This document shows, one piece after another, positions 33,470 to 34,040 of a stretch of 34,040 nt of DNA. Positions within the stretch are counted from its first letter, which is position 1; the number at the start of each line of letters is the position of its first letter. Origin of the DNA: Octopus bimaculoides (taxonomy: Eukaryota). Where the stretch lies: NCBI RefSeq assembly GCF_001194135.2, contig NC_068988.1:38616572-38650611 (forward strand), written 5' to 3'. Under the pieces are notes generated by a model that was not told where the DNA came from, made no database searches, and saw nothing but the letters and a program-made list of their open reading frames with translations. The position numbers and the translations under genes were made by a program.

Positions 33470-33645
33470 CTAGCGTGAGTTCGAAAGATGGAGAGACAGC
33501 TAGACACGTCCTTGCTCAATTGCTGGCCAGCAAGAAAGAGATCGATCAAAGCGGAAAAGCTTGGTTGTTGAATTCCACGTATGCGTGAGACTACGCGTGC
33601 GCACGGCGTTACTACAGGGCTCCCCTCGCCAGTGTGGAACGCACG
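33470..33645 (+). mobile_element. Possible highly decayed retroviral-type integrase fragment
   Basis: GC-richer island. One frame reads ..TARHVLAQLL..EIDQSGKAW..*DYACARRYYRAPLASVERTII, loosely resembling the RRLFRAAY..GIVE region at 15590-15630. The similarity is weak. Confidence 0.25.
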
Positions 33646-34040
33646 ATAATATAATTTTCTGTTGGAGGAACGCCTGAGGCAGGATGGCCACTGAAAACCA
33701 CCCACAAGATGTAGCACAACACACACAAAGAAAAATGAAAGAAATGAAATGTACACTCGTGTGATACATGCATGCAATGTACTGAAAGGAAAGAAAATAT
33801 ATGAGTGCACAAGTGTGTGTGTGAGAAAAACACAGAACATATTAAAAGTGTTTGTAGAGAAAAAAATCCAGTTCGTATAAGAGTTACACAAGATTATAGT
33901 ATGTCCATACGCAGGAAGTTGTGGTCAGTGAGCAGAGCTGTAGTTGAGCATCGGATGCTAGTTGCGACCTGTTACCTGGTACAGAATATTCTACAAAAGT
34001 TACACAAGGAAATTTGGAATGTTAATACGCAGGAAGTCGT

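Overview
This is repeat-dense eukaryotic non-coding DNA, not prokaryotic sequence. The tRNA-derived SINEs and extreme microsatellite load resemble an octopus/cephalopod genome (inference, not checked against a database). I cannot support any intact host protein-coding gene. Most listed ORFs are artefacts of microsatellites or of 8 N-gaps. The real content is a transposon graveyard: a DD34D mariner remnant, two LTR-retrotransposon pol/integrase remnants, two REL-endonuclease (R2/R4/NeSL-type) non-LTR remnants, a Helitron Rep N-terminal remnant, at least four SINE-like families, several MITEs and a tRNA-Asp-like pseudogene. The most notable structures are (i) a palindromic MITE-like family seen three times, one copy enclosing the mariner remnant, (ii) a head-to-tail, single-orientation array of about 7 SINEs containing the tRNA-Asp-like sequence, and (iii) a strand-switching triplet-repeat domain with a Gly-rich ORF behind a strong splice acceptor. 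I found no convincing evidence of a novel protein-coding system.
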